A stretch of DNA of 64,000 nucleotides from Eledone cirrhosa (taxonomy: Eukaryota): the NCBI GenBank assembly GCA_964016885.1, contig OZ024747.1:20832001-20896000 (forward strand), read 5' to 3'. Under the pieces are notes generated by a model. That model worked only from the letters and a program-made list of their open reading frames with translations, was not told the origin of the DNA and searched no databases. Of this stretch, positions 28,871 to 44,439 are shown one piece after another. Numbering within the stretch: position 1 is the stretch's first letter; each line of letters starts with the position of its first letter. Made by a program: the position numbers and the translations under genes.

Positions 28871-30557
28871 TTTTTTGTTGTTTTTTTTGTTCTTGGTTTA
28901 TATCTCTATTTTTTTTTTCATTTTTTTTTTTGTTCTTTTATCCCATATATCAACCTAGCATTTTTCGATGTCTTACTCATTTGGGTGGATTATGAGGTTT
29001 GCTTCATTTCTATATTGATGTTATTTAAAAAAATATATATATCTTTGCGTATTTATTTATTTCCGACTTAGTTATCTTCGGAACCTGTTCCTATTTTCAC
29101 TAAAATGTTTATTGAATCTCAATAGATTGTCTCTTTTCCAATCACTTGATCAGCTCTGCGTTTTTGGAAGACTTTGCTATTTTTGTTCTTTCCTAATATA
29201 ATTATTTCAACCATTATTTTTGTTATTCTGTTTCTTATTTTACTTTTCTTCTTTCATTTTGCTATATTGATTTTCTTTTTTCTTTTTTATTTGTTTCATG
29301 TTTGATTTTTGTAGAAATAAACAAAAGAATTAGAAATATTGTCATTAGTTATAATTTATCAGCTTCTGTATTTTTGTTATTTTCCACAGAGTTTGGTTAA
29401 TCCTTGCCTTATCTTAGGTCTCCCCTTCGTTTATCTCCCTTTGTTCTGTGCATATTCACTTAGTTGTTGTCTAGAGCATATACATTACATATGTTTTATC
29501 TATAAAATGTTTTCAGTTGTGAATAATTTGTGGTTGTACTGCTTTATTTACATGTTTCAGTCTTCGTTTCTATTTATCAGTGCAAGTTGTGTGTGTTTCT
29601 ATTTATCAGTGCAAGTTGTAGTCTGTGTGTGTGTGTGATTTTTCTATCTAAGTACATTCGCGTCATTTTCTTTTGTTTTGTTTTTTTTGCCTTTTTTAAA
29701 AACTTTTTTCTTGTTGTTTTGTGTAAATAAATAGTAAATATGCCTGTCTTGTTATTTTTATTTGATGGGAATAGAGTGACCTCGTATCTTAGAAGTCATC
29801 ACCGTTGTATGACACCATTGTTGCAACTGAGCTGCAGACATGCTGGAATAAGCGACGAGAAGAGTGTCGGAAAATTGCTAATTTTTATAAGTTGTCTCCG
29901 TTGTATTTTTTTCTTGTTTTTTTTCTTTTTTTTTGTTTTAAACAGAATTAGTTGTTTAGTTTACATATTGAGACCACAAATCATCCTTTTTATTTTATAG
30001 CGTATGGGATTTCTAGTAATGTACTTTTATTGTCATGTATAATGTTTTAAATGTAATAAGAAAATTAACTGTCGCAGGAGTACGACCACTTAAAATACAA
30101 TTTCACCGGAGCAAAATTTAATAAGCGGGTGTGTAGGGAAAAATCTGAAAAATTAATAAGCGGGGGGTGCGGGTCTTGACGATTATTTGAGATCCGAGAG
30201 TATATATATATAGGTGTGTGTGTGTGTGTGTGTGTATGTGTGTGTGTCTGTCTGTGTGTGAGTGTGTGTAGGGGTGGGGGTGAAATGTTATTGTTTGAGA
30301 CTCGTTAGACATAGTACTCTATACATTTTTTTCGTTTATTTTCAACTAATCTATCTTCCAAATCACTCTCAATCGACTTATCTTTCCGAAAATGGAAGGG
30401 TGGAGAAGACGGAAACCATCGGAATTTCGCACCCTCGATCGAAATTACCGATAAGCGCCTCTCAGCTGTTCGGTGAGAAATTTTTTTTATCCATGTATTT
30501 TTGGCTATCTCTCTACATCAGTTTGCCGAACACTCAGGCGCATATATATATATATAT

Positions 30558-30590
<33 letters not shown>

Positions 30591-30829
30591 ATGTGTGTGT
30601 GTGTGTGTGTACATAGAATCGGTACCATTTAGTAAAGGAGTAATGATAGAAAAAATAATTGAAAGGGGTGGGAGATAGCAGCTAAATTATATATGTGGTG
30701 GTTATGAGTAGCATTGTAACCGAATTATAACTGCAGGAATGGCACAAGATCATTTCTTCAATGTAAAACACTAAGAAACGAGGGAACGAAAGCTGTTCGA
30801 TGGATCCGAGTGACAGAGCTGCAGCTTGG

Positions 30830-31060
30830 CAAGAAACCCACTCTCCGGGAACTACTGCGGAAGCTGGAGCTGTAGTAGTGCATCTACCTGCGTCGGTTAT
30901 GATGTCGAAAACTTCGGAAGTCGAAGTGGTCGGCAACTTCTTAAAGAAATATGAAAAGTTGACGGAAATATAAATGAACCTAGAAAAGTCGGTGAATTTG
31001 CAGCTCGGCTCCTGGAAAGACAAATACATGCCGTTCAACAACGCCAGGAGGACCGTGCAG
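30830..31060 (+). pseudogene. Decayed L1/Tx1-type reverse transcriptase fragment
   Basis: VMMSKTSEVEVVGNFLKKYEKLTEI*MNLEKSVNLQLGSW resembles RT domains 5-7 of Tx1-like elements. The YADD motif is not intact. Confidence 0.55.
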
Positions 31061-32072
31061 CTTCGGATTTGCATCTGTTTTGCATCTGTCTACATATTTA
31101 ATCATCCCAAAAGCACCAATATTTTCATTGTTTTTAAATTCTATATGCTGATTCATTTAGCTGCTGACTAATTCTGTAAGTTTCTAGATTCATAAATTTG
31201 AAGGAAAACCACTGCTAACTAACAGCGAAAAACAAAACATTCCATTCTATCGTTTCTCTCCATCATTCTCTGTCAATTTTTCTCGTTATTTCTATGATTT
31301 AAGAGTGAGAAAGAAATATGGAAATAAGAACCTGTGGGTATTTTTTCCATCGGTTAACATTTAGTTTTCTCGACTTTTCTGAAATTTATGTGACTTTCAT
31401 AAACAATCGGAAACTTATTTGTTTTTCTTCTCTTCCCTTTTCTCCTCTCCGCAGAACTGGAAAATGGGACTACTCTTTCAAACAAATACGAAAAAAGAAA
31501 TCTAAGATTTGTAAATTGTTCTGAAGGCGTCCACTGGAAAAGAAATGAATATATGGTTAAATCGTTATGATACTTTATTACTTCTATTACTAAAACAATA
31601 ATTCTTTCTAACATTGGCACAAGGCTAGCTGTTTCCTGGAAGGGAAAAGCCGATTATATCGGCGCTAGTACTTAACTGGAACTTAATTCTATCGACCCCA
31701 GAAGGATGAAAAGCAAAAGTGACTTCAGTGGGATTTATACTCAGAGAGTAAAAAGTCGTGACATACCTATGAATTACCAGAAAAATAATATGAAATACAT
31801 ATGAAATCGTAAATGCAAATTACTGTGTTTATAACTTATTTAAAATAGCAAATCAAACTGCAGTTCAATTAGATATTTTGCAGTAGATATTCCAGACCGT
31901 TATGAGAGGACCGATTGCAGTAATTGTCACGACGTTTTCACTTCTAAGCTGCTAGACCGGAGCAAAGAGAAAGTCAGGACGTTACTCCCGCATTCAGATA
32001 TGAGCACTGAAAGAGATGCAGTCTAAAAGAAAATGGTATTAGAAGAGAGAATTAAAATCTGGGGTTACATTC

Positions 32073-32725
32073 AAACGTCGTAGCTGATCTCTCAGTCACA
32101 ATAACGTCGTAGTTGATCTCTCAGTCACATTAACGTCATAGTTGATCTCGCAGTCCCAATAACATGTCATAGTTGATCTCACAGCCTCAGTAACGTCATA
32201 GTTGATCTCACAGCCACAGTAACGTCGTAGTTGATCTCACAGCCACAATAACGTCGTAGTTGATCTCTCAGTCACATTAACGTCATAGTTGATCTCGCAG
32301 TCCCAATAAGATGTCATAGTTGATCTCACAGCCACAGTAACGTCATAGTTGATCTCACAGCCACAGTAACGTCGTAGTTGATCTCACAGCCACAATAACG
32401 TCGTAGTTGATCTCTCAGTCACATTAACGTCATAGTTGATCTCACAATCACAGTAACGTCGTAGTTGATCTCTCAGTCACAATAACATGTCATAGTTGAT
32501 CTCACAGCCACAGTAATGTCATAGTTGATCTCTCAGTCACAATAACATGTCATAGTTGATCTCACAGCCACAGTAATGTCATAGTTGATCTCTCAGTCAC
32601 AATAACGTCGTAGTTGATCTCTCAGTCACAATAACATGTCATATGTGATCTCTCGGTCAGAATAACATATCATTGTTGATCTTTCAACCAAAATAATATT
32701 TCAGAGTTAGTGCTTCTGTCACATT
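32073..32725. repeat. 29/31-bp minisatellite (AACGTCRTAGTTGATCTCWCAGYCACART), ~21 units
   Basis: Directly visible. The variant CGCAGTCCCAAT at 32149 and 32296 defines a 147-bp five-unit higher-order repeat. Confidence 0.95.
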
Positions 32726-32979
32726 AATAACTTTTGATTTAACGTACATTCGTACCACAAATTTATATTGAAAGAATATAGTCGATTTATTAGAATACAA
32801 AATATTAATATTATTTATACAATTTTGTCGGCGTTGTGAAATTTTTGACATAAACGCTGATGAACGAAACTAAATACTGTACGCCCAGCGCACAACTGGC
32901 TTTGGTAATCGAACACATCCGGCATTCAGTGGTATGATGTAACAACGAATATTAAAATGGATAACTACAACAGCAACAA

Positions 32980-33196
32980 TAATGGTTTCTTATATAGGCA
33001 CAAGGCCAGCAATTTTGGGGATGGGGAAAGTCGATTAAATCGACCCCAGTGCGTGACTGGTACTTTATTTTATCGACCCCGTAAGGATGAAAGGCAAAGT
33101 TAACCTCGATGACATTTGAACTCAGGCCGTAAAGGGACGTAACTCTATGCTGCAGAGCATGGTGTCCGTCTCTCTACCGATAGTACCAATCCAAAA
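32980..33196 (-). mobile_element. tRNA-derived SINE, long variant, minus strand
   Basis: Reverse complement of 26230-26446. Confidence 0.85.
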
Positions 33197-33215
33197 CGGA
33201 GCACAACAGCTATCT

Positions 33216-33385
33216 GAAGAAGAAGAAGAAGAAGAAGAAGAAGAAGAAGAAGAAGAAGAAGAAGAAGAAGAAGAAGAAGAAGAAGAAGAAGAAGAAGACA
33301 ACGACGGCAGCAGCTGCAGCAGCAAAAACGTTAGTTGACAAGAACAACAACAGAATCAAAAGCAAAAATAAAAAAGTAACAAAAG

Positions 33386-33438
<53 letters not shown>

Positions 33439-33681
33439 AGAACAACAGTTACATCATCATCAACATCATCAACATTGTCATCATCATCATCATCGTCATC
33501 ATCGTCATCAACAACAACATCATTATGAACAGCCTCAGCATCCTCATTAACAACAACACTACCATCATTATCATTATCTTCAACATCATCATCACCTTCA
33601 TCAACAACAACATCCACAACATCATCACTATCAACAGCAATAACAACAGTATTATCATGAACATCATCATTATCATCATCA
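33216..33681. repeat. Pure (GAA)n tract followed by degenerate (CAT/CAA)n
   Basis: Directly visible. Confidence 0.95.
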
Positions 33682-33726
33682 TTGCTGTTTTTTTTCTATT
33701 GCATACTGTCAATGTATGTATGTATG

Positions 33727-33816
<90 letters not shown>

Positions 33817-33874
33817 AGAAAGAGAGAGAGTTAAATAGATAGATAAATATATAGATAGATAAATATATATATAA

Positions 33875-33918
<44 letters not shown>

Positions 33919-33964
33919 TATGGAATACTGTTGGCTTCTTGCTACAATGTTTTCTATACCTTTC

Positions 33965-34055
<91 letters not shown>

Positions 34056-37000
34056 TAATTACTAATAAGCTATCCAACTTGATGAGTTTTACTGGGTACT
34101 GTGTAAATTGTTAAATGTTATGACTCGAAGTTCGAGTTAATATTTGTTTTCTTTTCTACCATTTTTATCAACAAATCGTTTTATTATCATTTTTTATTAT
34201 TTCTCATTCGTTATTAGTTGTTATATTATTCCACGATCTTTGTTGAGGGTCTTTTAAAATATATTTTATCTCATTAGTCTCTCCACATTTCCTTTAACTG
34301 TCTTCAATTCCTGCATATTTCTCTACACAAATGTCTCGATAGACCTCTTGCGGTAAATACGTCACAATATTTACTGTTGTTTACCTAACTACTTGCAGAA
34401 TTTTCTCTTGTTTTTTATTAAGTATATTATTTATTTTTTCTGTCTCTGGCAATTTCTTTACAACATTCTGATATTTTGTGTCGTTTATATATATTTTTTA
34501 GTTTTTGGTTTTTTTTACCATAATTTTCTGAATATTATTTTCATTTTAACTGCTGCTGTTTCGGGAGGTTGCGCGAACTAACTCATTTTCTTTTATTGCT
34601 TTGATCTGAAGGAAGGGCCAATATGCATTATGTTCTTTACAGACATTTCGAGACCAGTGAGATTATTGTTGCTAACGTACCGCGTAAATCAGCAGCAACA
34701 AGGAAAACGATTACAGCACAAAATTACAGAGGGTTAAAATTTTAATGAGAAAAGCCTGGGAGAAGTGTTTACTGTGAGATATGAGATAGTGAAGACAACA
34801 TGAGTGACGAGTGGATGTATGTCGAAAGAATCTAGAATTCCTTATGAAAGATGACATGTTTTGAAACAGCTCCCAGGAGCGGAAACCTTTATATTAGAGG
34901 TCGAAAAGGCTGGGAGATGAAAAGAACGTTTGAGGACTAGATACCGGAGTGTGTTGATGGAGTTATGCCATGCCTATCATTCGTGTGGACTAAAAGCTGG
35001 AGTGTGTTGGTGAAGTAACGCCATGTCAAACATTTGTGTAGCCTTTCTTTTGTGAATTTCTAAATCGACAGGATACTAACGATCTGAGAAGTTAGTGGTT
35101 TGTATCTTATTATTACCTTTTTGTGTATCTCAAAGGCCAGGAAACACTCAAAAGCTCAAACACAGGTCAGGTCAGCCCTGACCAGTGGCATTTTCCCAAC
35201 ACATTGGCAAAATCGTAGAATAACGGTTAGAATAATACATTGCGATATTCGTTCTGACTCTTTGTGGCCTGAGTTAAAAACCCGATAAGGTCAACTTTGC
35301 CGTTCATCTTTTTGAAGTCGATAAATGAAATACCAGTCCAGTACGACACCGTCGGACTCCAGCAGGAGATACGGATCCAAACATACATAACTAATAACAA
35401 CATCATGATCCTTTATGACGCTCGCTCATTGGTTTGTGATCCCTCACCGTAATATGATTATCTGCCGAAAATAGGGGGAAATTTGAAATATTAAAGAATA
35501 ATCCGTTTAGTAATTCATTTTGCCGGCGAGGAAGATCATGCACACCATATATTATTGTATAATACACTTTGCTCTTGTGTGTGCGCGTGCGCACGCATGT
35601 GTGTATGAATATCTAAAGTACCAATACTGCGTGAGTTTTGAATAAATATTCAAATAACTTCACACTTTCCGTCTATCCAGTCTCATTCGAAAAACTTTAG
35701 TCGAACCCAAGCTGCTTAGTTATAATGGGATGGAAACCTAAATCACGTAATTGCTATGAAAGTCTCTTCAACACATGGTCATGATTGCTTTCTTACACCA
35801 ACCTCTTGCTGCTTTTTCTGGTTTACTTTCACAGCCCTAGGTGTTACAGTCAGGAATGCTCTGTATGTTTATTTCATTGTAAACTTCACATGTATATACA
35901 GTATCTTCACCTTTCAGTTTTGTAACGGAATCTTATTTGTTTATGATGTAATTCTATTTCTATTTTTTCCTCATCAACTCGTCTATACGACTGTTTTCGT
36001 TAATGACATTTGGTATCCCGTATGACCTTCTTTTTTCATCTGTTTACTTTGTATTCTTTTGCAGACCCTTTAAGCTTTTATCTCAAATGTTTTTGTTTTG
36101 TCTTTTTCTTCTCACAAATCTCTGTAACTTAGTAGGGTTCTGATCATTTTTATGTTTTTTGTTCCTTTCACGCTGCCAGAGGCTTAGTACAATGATATTT
36201 TTTTTTTATTCTATTTGTTTTATTATATCTTCCATAGTCAGTTGGTTTTAACAGTATCACCTAGATTTATGGGAAAAACGCAACCGAACAGACAAGGGTG
36301 TGTTTATTATTTTAAGGAAACAGCTGTCCGTTATATCCTTTTTTAATATATTTTGTTAAAGTGTGTTTGAGTTAATGTAAAAAGAGAGTTAAACAGTACT
36401 CAAGTATAAATTTCCATCCAACCCTACCCGACCCCGACATTTTTGTTTTATTTTCTTCAACTCTCGTATTCATTGCACTGCCATTTTCTTTATCGCCATT
36501 TTCTTTTTCAAAGAATCTCAGTGGATTCTACTTTGCAAAAGTAAATTGAGGTATTACTAATGTATCCAAACGTTCAGTTTTAATTTAGTTTATCATCCTC
36601 CTCAGTTTAAGGGTAATTTACTCAATCTTCTCAGCTATTTATAGTGTTCTACTATTATATCATTAAGCTTATTTGTGTTGGGACACACATATTTCAAATA
36701 AAGGGTTTATTTATTTTCCTTCGTGTTGTCTAAACGATCGCATTTGAATGGCTATGGTTAACAATTGTAGTCGGTCTATATATACTGGACAAACTGAAGA
36801 ATTGCTTCCCAGAACCCAGAAGCTCTCCCACCTAAACTTGGAAGACAGCAGGAACTGTAGATGAGTTAGCTGCACTTGATATATGGTGAAACAGGATAGA
36901 GAAAAGAGCGGATAAGAGAAGAATCTAGAAAATATTGAAATTGTCGTGAAGGGTTACATGGACAGATATTTTTTTGTTTTGTCTGTTTTGTCTTGTTTTG

Positions 37001-37579
37001 TTTTTCGGAGGAAAAAAAAATCATGCAACTTTGCTATTATACGATTACTTTGATCAATATCATTTACATAGAAATAGATTATTGAAACGTAGTCTCGACA
37101 AAGAAATAGGAATAAGTGAGGATAAAATTTGATTTTTAGAAAACATTATGGCCGAAGGGGTTTCTTTGAAAATTATTAATCCTGCATAGAAATTCTTTAA
37201 ATGTTGGTAAAGTTAGATATTTTGCATGAAAACAACACATCCTTTTGTCACAAAAGAAGAGCAGCTTACATATTTATCATGTTCACGCAAGCATGCAAAA
37301 CACAGGAAGATAACTGTTCCGTTTAGTTTCCATTCAATTTTCAAAATCAAGTTTAAACATTCCTCTGAACAGCTTTTTTTGTTTTGTTTTTTGTTGTTAA
37401 TGTTGTTTTTTTTTCTTTTGTTCTGTTTATTCTTTGTATGGTATGACTAAGATTTTTTTTCTTTTCATATTAACCTCTGAAAGTCTACATCTACTGAATA
37501 TTCTAACTCTCCGAACACCGAAGACGTGAAACTGGGAACAAAAGTTAGTGGAGTGTTCCTCCCACAATAAATTATACAC

Positions 37580-37975
<396 letters not shown>

Positions 37976-38554
37976 TTGGTGCTTTTCATTGGGAGTTCAA
38001 ATCCCAATGCGGTCAATTTTTCATTCTTTCGGTCGATAAATAAAGTATCAGTTAAGTACTTCCATCGATATAATCGACTTTCTCCTTCCCCCATATTTGT
38101 GATCTGGTTAGAAAGGATTATTTACGACCAGTTTCTTTTTCCACATTCCGACCATAATATAAAAAGAACTGTCTCACAAATGTCACTCCACCTCAAGATT
38201 ACATAAGATTTCAAACATATAAATATACTCCTGTATATTGAAATTTATTTAACATTTATATAGTTCCGTGGTATATGTAGTGAAGTATAGTTGTGATTTT
38301 TTCATTGATTAAATTAATAGGAATATGCAGATTAGCTTAGCGTCGATTGGGCCGAGGGTGTTCCGGAACTGTTTCTTCTCTGCATCATAGGAATGGGTTT
38401 AAATGAACTAACCCTGACGAGGATATAAGAATAGGTTTCCTTAATCCTGTAATGGACTGGGATCCTGTACAGAGGAAGGCGAGTCATTTACTCTTAATCG
38501 CTTAACGCTGAGGAAACCGAGATAAGTACAGATTTGATGAGCTTCCAGGCTTAA

Positions 38555-38838
38555 CCCTTTAGCATTTACATTACTCTATATATACTATTGTATTTTCACA
38601 GTAAAGACTTTATCTAACATAATATCTCACATAACATTTACATTACTCTATATATACTATTGTATTTTCACAGTAAAGACTTTATCTAACATAATATCTC
38701 ACATAATACTGAATCTATGAGATTATTTATTTTGAGAACAATACCTTGATATCAATATGAGAGGCTGGTTACATCCAGCTTGATCAGAGAGAGGTGAGAG
38801 AACACTGGCCGGTTACGGCCAGTTTAAATGCTAAAGGG
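38555..38838. mobile_element. piggyBac-type MITE with an internal 72-bp tandem duplication
   Basis: 14-bp TIRs CCCTTTAGCATTTA / TAAATGCTAAAGGG flanked by TTAA and TTAG. Duplicated segments start at 38563 and 38635. Confidence 0.85.
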
Positions 38839-39109
38839 TTAGGAGATGCTTTAACATTTTTCAAACATGAACTTTTGCAGTATTGGGTGACTATTGAGGC
38901 GAAGAGAAGGGGGGGGGAGCTCTGAGGACTTCATTGGCAAACTTAAACTGATGCTTGGTTTAATAACAGTATCTAGTCTTTGTGTGACTTTAGTGGGGTT
39001 CAATCTGAAGCAAACATTTGAGTGAAGTCACCGGTTTTATGATAATGTCTCCCTTGCTCCAACCAATCTTAAAAACCCGGAACAAAAATTCTAAAGGATC
39101 ACGGTCGTT

Positions 39110-39940
39110 TTAGGGATAGTGATGGTGATGGTGGCTAGGGTGGTAGTTGTGATGGTGGTTGTTACAGTGATAGGGGGGGGTGTTGTTGGTGGATGTTGTG
39201 GTGGTGGTAATGGTGCTTGTAAGTCATGGTGATGGCGGGTTGTAAATGGTGATGGTGGTGTTGGTATTGGTGGTGGTAGTAGTGGTGGTCTTGATTGTTG
39301 TGATGATGGATGTAGTCGTAGTAGTGTTAGTGACAGCAATATTGTTGTTGTTTGTGATAATGGCGTTGTTATTAATGTTTTTGCTATTAATGCTGTTAGA
39401 AATATCTATGGGTAGTTTTTTTTTACCTTATAGTTTTTTCTTTGTTTTAAAAACTAATATTGCAGTTATGTTGCTTTATTTACTATAGTCATTGTTGTGG
39501 TTTGTCATAATGATGATGATGATGATGATGATGATGATGTTGATTTCATGATGATGGAGATGGCAATGGTGATGATGGTGATGATAATGATGATGATGAT
39601 GATGGAGATGATGATGATGATGATGATGGCGATGAGCATGTAGTCGGTGGTGGTGGTGGTAGCGATGGTGGTGGTGATGGTGGTGGTGGTAGCGGTGGTG
39701 GTGGTGGTGGTAGCGGTGGTGGTGGTGGTAGCGGTGGTGGTGGTGGTGGTGGTAGCGGTGGTGGTGGTGGTAGCGATGGTGGTGGTGATGGTGGTGGTGG
39801 TAGCGGTGGTGGTAGTGGTAGCGGTGGTGGTGGTGGTGATGATGGCGATGAGCATGTAGTCGGTGGTGGTGGTAGTGGTAGCGGTGGTGGTGGTAGTGGT
39901 GGTGGTAGCGGTGGTGGTGGTGGTCGTGGTGGTGGTGTGC
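39110..39940. repeat. Degenerate (GGT/GAT)n trinucleotide field
   Basis: Directly visible. GAGCATGTAGTC is duplicated at 39634 and 39850. Confidence 0.9.
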
Positions 39941-40207
39941 TTGTCAAGAAAAACTGATTTATAAGGAGAACACTAAGGAAATATTACAGATTTTTACACT
40001 ATTCTCAAGTGTCCAGCACATTGAATTATTGCTAGTGGGGATGGTTTATACACACACGCCAGTCACACACATATAGAACACATATGCACGTCTAGTTAGT
40101 TATCTATCTATCCAGCTATCTAGCTATCTACTTATATATTTATATATATATATACTTGTTTATCGGTGTATCTATCTGTCCATCTACCTAACTATCGATA
40201 AACATAT

Positions 40208-40303
<96 letters not shown>

Positions 40304-40367
40304 AATAGTTGGAGTGAAATTTATTTTAGTAAGTAAGTTAATTTTTATAATTTTCTTATTTTACGTC

Positions 40368-40407
<40 letters not shown>

Positions 40408-40424
40408 ATATATATATATATATG

Positions 40425-40619
<195 letters not shown>

Positions 40620-40705
40620 ACATATATGAATACATCATTTTAAATAAATTGATACTATATATATATAATATCAATTTATTTAAAATGATGTATTCATATA
40701 TGTGT

Positions 40706-40771
<66 letters not shown>

Positions 40772-40842
40772 ATATATATATATATACCTATATATATATA
40801 TACGCATATGTATGTATAAACATTTGTATATATATATATATT

Positions 40843-40938
<96 letters not shown>

Positions 40939-41237
40939 AACACACGTATATGAATACATAATTTTAAATAAATTGATATTATATATATATATTATAAATA
41001 TGTGGGTATGTGTGTGTGTTCTGCCCCACTGACCTTTGTCTTCCTTCCTCTACCTAATTCTCTTTACTAAAAATTCTCTTTTTCTATTTCCTTTGCTCGT
41101 AACAGTGACACCCAAGTAATGTTTAATTTGTTGCTGTAATGGGGCCGTAAATATATTTTATTCCTTTAATTTCATTTTTTTTTCTTATTCAGGAAGCTCA
41201 TGAAATTGCAGCAGAGTGAGATGCATGTATACACATG

Positions 41238-41312
<75 letters not shown>

Positions 41313-41460
41313 ATACACACATATGAATATATATATGTGTGTCCAGAGAGACCACTAATCAAAGTCATAGTCTGTGCATAATACAATGCAGTATTTGTAT
41401 ATTTAGGAAGAAATAATCGACCGTGAGCTTCTGCGGTTTTTACTCATGATTAAGTCACGA

Positions 41461-41943
41461 GCAGAAACCAGAGGAGTATGTAGCCAAATATCTTCTTCCT
41501 GTCGATCACTCTCTGTTGTTTTTGCCGAGAATATGCAAGAGACATAGTCACTACTTTAAAACTCATAGCGAATGGTCTTCTAAATGTTTTTAATTAAACA
41601 TACAATATATTGCCAAATATACTATACATACATTCATGTATACATCGCTATTTCAGAACACCAATACTAATACCTAATTTTTGCTGGACCGGCAATTTCT
41701 CAGTTTAATCAGCTCTTAAATATTACTTGAATTCTATAAGAATCCGGCTTCTAGAATTATATGCAAAAGCAAGGGAGTGTGTGGTCTAACAAGCGAGAAA
41801 CAGACTGTCTGTCGATCACTCTCCATAATTTTTACCGAGACTAAATAAGTGACATAGTCACTACTTTAAAACTCATAGCGAATGGTCTTCAAAATGTTTT
41901 TAATTAAACATACAGTATATTTCCAATTATACTATACATACAT
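41461..41943 (+). mobile_element. Tandem ~1.5-mer of the 37.7-kb hammerhead unit, with both ribozyme cores damaged
   Basis: GTCGATCACTCTC at 41501 and 41811 gives a 310-bp period. The second copy keeps GAAACAGACTGTC but lacks CTGATGA. Confidence 0.75.
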
Positions 41944-42358
41944 CTTTTTTTTCTCTCTCTCGTCTACGATTTCACAGAACTTATGTTCACCGAATTCACA
42001 GACTAGATTCCTTCTTCCTCCCGTTAGACCTGTACGGAATTCCTTCCTTGCTCACATTCCAACCAGGTTTGATGGTCTTTATTCTCTCTCGTTCACGATT
42101 TCACCGAACTTATATTCATGGAAATTTGGGACTTGACTCGTTCTTCCTCACTTTTCGTTGCTTCACCATCTTTGTTTGTTTACACTCTCGTGTCCCCTTT
42201 ATTTACGTGTCCCAACGACTTTTTTTAGCCGTTGCTCGCACCAACCGGAGGTATATGGTCTTTAAAGCGATGAAATACCAATGATGGTTGGAAGATCACT
42301 GATGAAGGACGAACTTTATTCATATGTAACCCATTTGCAACCACGCAGCACGTTTATT

Positions 42359-42397
<39 letters not shown>

Positions 42398-42403
42398 CTC
42401 TAT

Positions 42404-42440
<37 letters not shown>

Positions 42441-42762
42441 TAAAAGAAAATGCTGACAAATTTTTCCCAGTGAAAAATACTTTAATTAGGAATAAGTAAA
42501 AATTAGTAATAAGTATTGGTTAGTATTCAGTTTTAGTTTTAAGTTTTTACCGGTTGCGCATTTCTAATGCTTTTCAAAAATAATTTTGAGATAGAGCGCC
42601 CGTGATGTTTGTTCTAATCTGATCAGTTTGGGAAATTCTACCTGTTTTATGTGAAAAAAGTGGCTCCAGAGGTATTAAGATTTGGTTGGTTGTTTGAATG
42701 TCACGTGAATGAGTACTATAAATTTCGCGCCAATTCGTATTGAAAAAATTCTTGTAGTCAAG

Positions 42763-42795
<33 letters not shown>

Positions 42796-42796
<1 letters not shown>

Positions 42797-42914
42797 AAAC
42801 GGCTTGAGCTGAGCCTTCGGGGTCTTACTGGTTCCTATTACCCACTCTACTACCCTAAGTATTGAGTACTTTGGTGCGTTATGATCCACCTGGTTCCTTA
42901 CCACATTTCCTTCG

Positions 42915-42916
<2 letters not shown>
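42796..42916 (+). mobile_element. 5'-truncated family E copy in (TA)n
   Basis: Matches 19257-19377; (TA)n on both sides. Confidence 0.8.
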
Positions 42917-42971
<55 letters not shown>

Positions 42972-44332
42972 TGGCGTAAACATTTCAATACAATAGGAGG
43001 AAACATAATAGTACCACTCATAATGTTGCAGATGTGCGACGAAAGAACTTTGATAGACTATATATATATTTATATCTGTATCTTTAAACATTGATTGCCA
43101 AATAAATTAACTATATAAAGATATAAAAGATACAGAAGCGAAACCAACGAAACAGTGAGTATGTTCTGTTGTTATTTCTGGCAATATTATAACAATATGC
43201 AGAAATACATCTTCGAAACTCTATATTACGATTGTCTGGATGAAATTAATCTTTTTTGTACGTAATTCATATTTGGTGAAATTCATTATATCCCAATAGT
43301 TATGCGATGTAAGTCATGTAACGTAGCCAACGTATAGAAAATATTTAGATAAACCGTTAAAATTCATTTGTAGAAACTAGCTTCAGTTTCAGTTAAATGT
43401 AAGCCAGTGGATCAAGAAATGTAAAGAATGAGTTACCAATACCCCAAGCCCTAGAGTAACTGATATTTTCTTTTTTATATTCTACCGATGAAACATTAAA
43501 TCGACACGATCTTCATACATTTGTCAGTTATCGCGTAAACACGGCTCGTGTGCACATTTCTTCAATTGTAGCTTCATCAAATCGCTTAATTCTTTTTCTG
43601 AGTTATAGTTCACTAAATTCTACGTTTACTAAATTTTGATATGAAAAGTGCAAAGTTCGAATACCATTAGTGATACATGCATACATGCATATATACATGC
43701 ATAAATACATACATATAATCGTACATACATACACACGCACATACATACATACGTACATACGTACATACATACATACATACATACATACATACATACATAC
43801 ATACATACATACATACATACATACATACATACATGCATGCATGCATACATACATACATACATACATACATACATACATACATACATACATACATACATAC
43901 ATACATACATACGTACGTATGTACATACATAAATACTTACACACATACATATATACATACATATACAGAAACTGATATGTCAAGAAGTACCTTTATATCT
44001 AAGTAGGGTTAGAAGCAATAAACCGGAACATATTCTGAGTAATCGACTGTTACATAGGAAGAGTTGGTCAGGAATAGCCGCAAAGACCTCCATATAAAAC
44101 TAACATCAGTTTGACACCAAACTCACTGGGGCTAAATATCTAATCAGTGTCTTTTAATGAAGTTTGGGTCTTTCAAAATAGCAGCTGTCATCGATATTTA
44201 CGATTCAATTTATTCATCCCTCTATTATACGCATTCTCTTCCATTATCTAGCTTTGTCTCTCTATCTCTCTCTCCTTTACTCCCCCTCCCCCGCTCTCTA
44301 TCTCTCTCTCCTTTACTCTATTCCCCCCTCCC

Positions 44333-44368
<36 letters not shown>

Positions 44369-44439
44369 GTCTATATAATACACCTACAAATATATACCCC
44401 AAGCACACATACACCCACTATATATATGTACATAATTAA

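Noticed and set aside
32073-32725. CRISPR-like array
   Set aside because: Units are contiguous with no unique spacers, there are no cas genes, and the context is eukaryotic.
34600-34900. Possible MADF/Harbinger-like coding remnant (..WMYVE..LEFLMK)
   Set aside because: Too short and frameshifted to call without a profile search.
39505-39947. Poly-Pro or poly-Thr protein exon
   Set aside because: Degenerate (GGT)n repeat with no splice or domain support.
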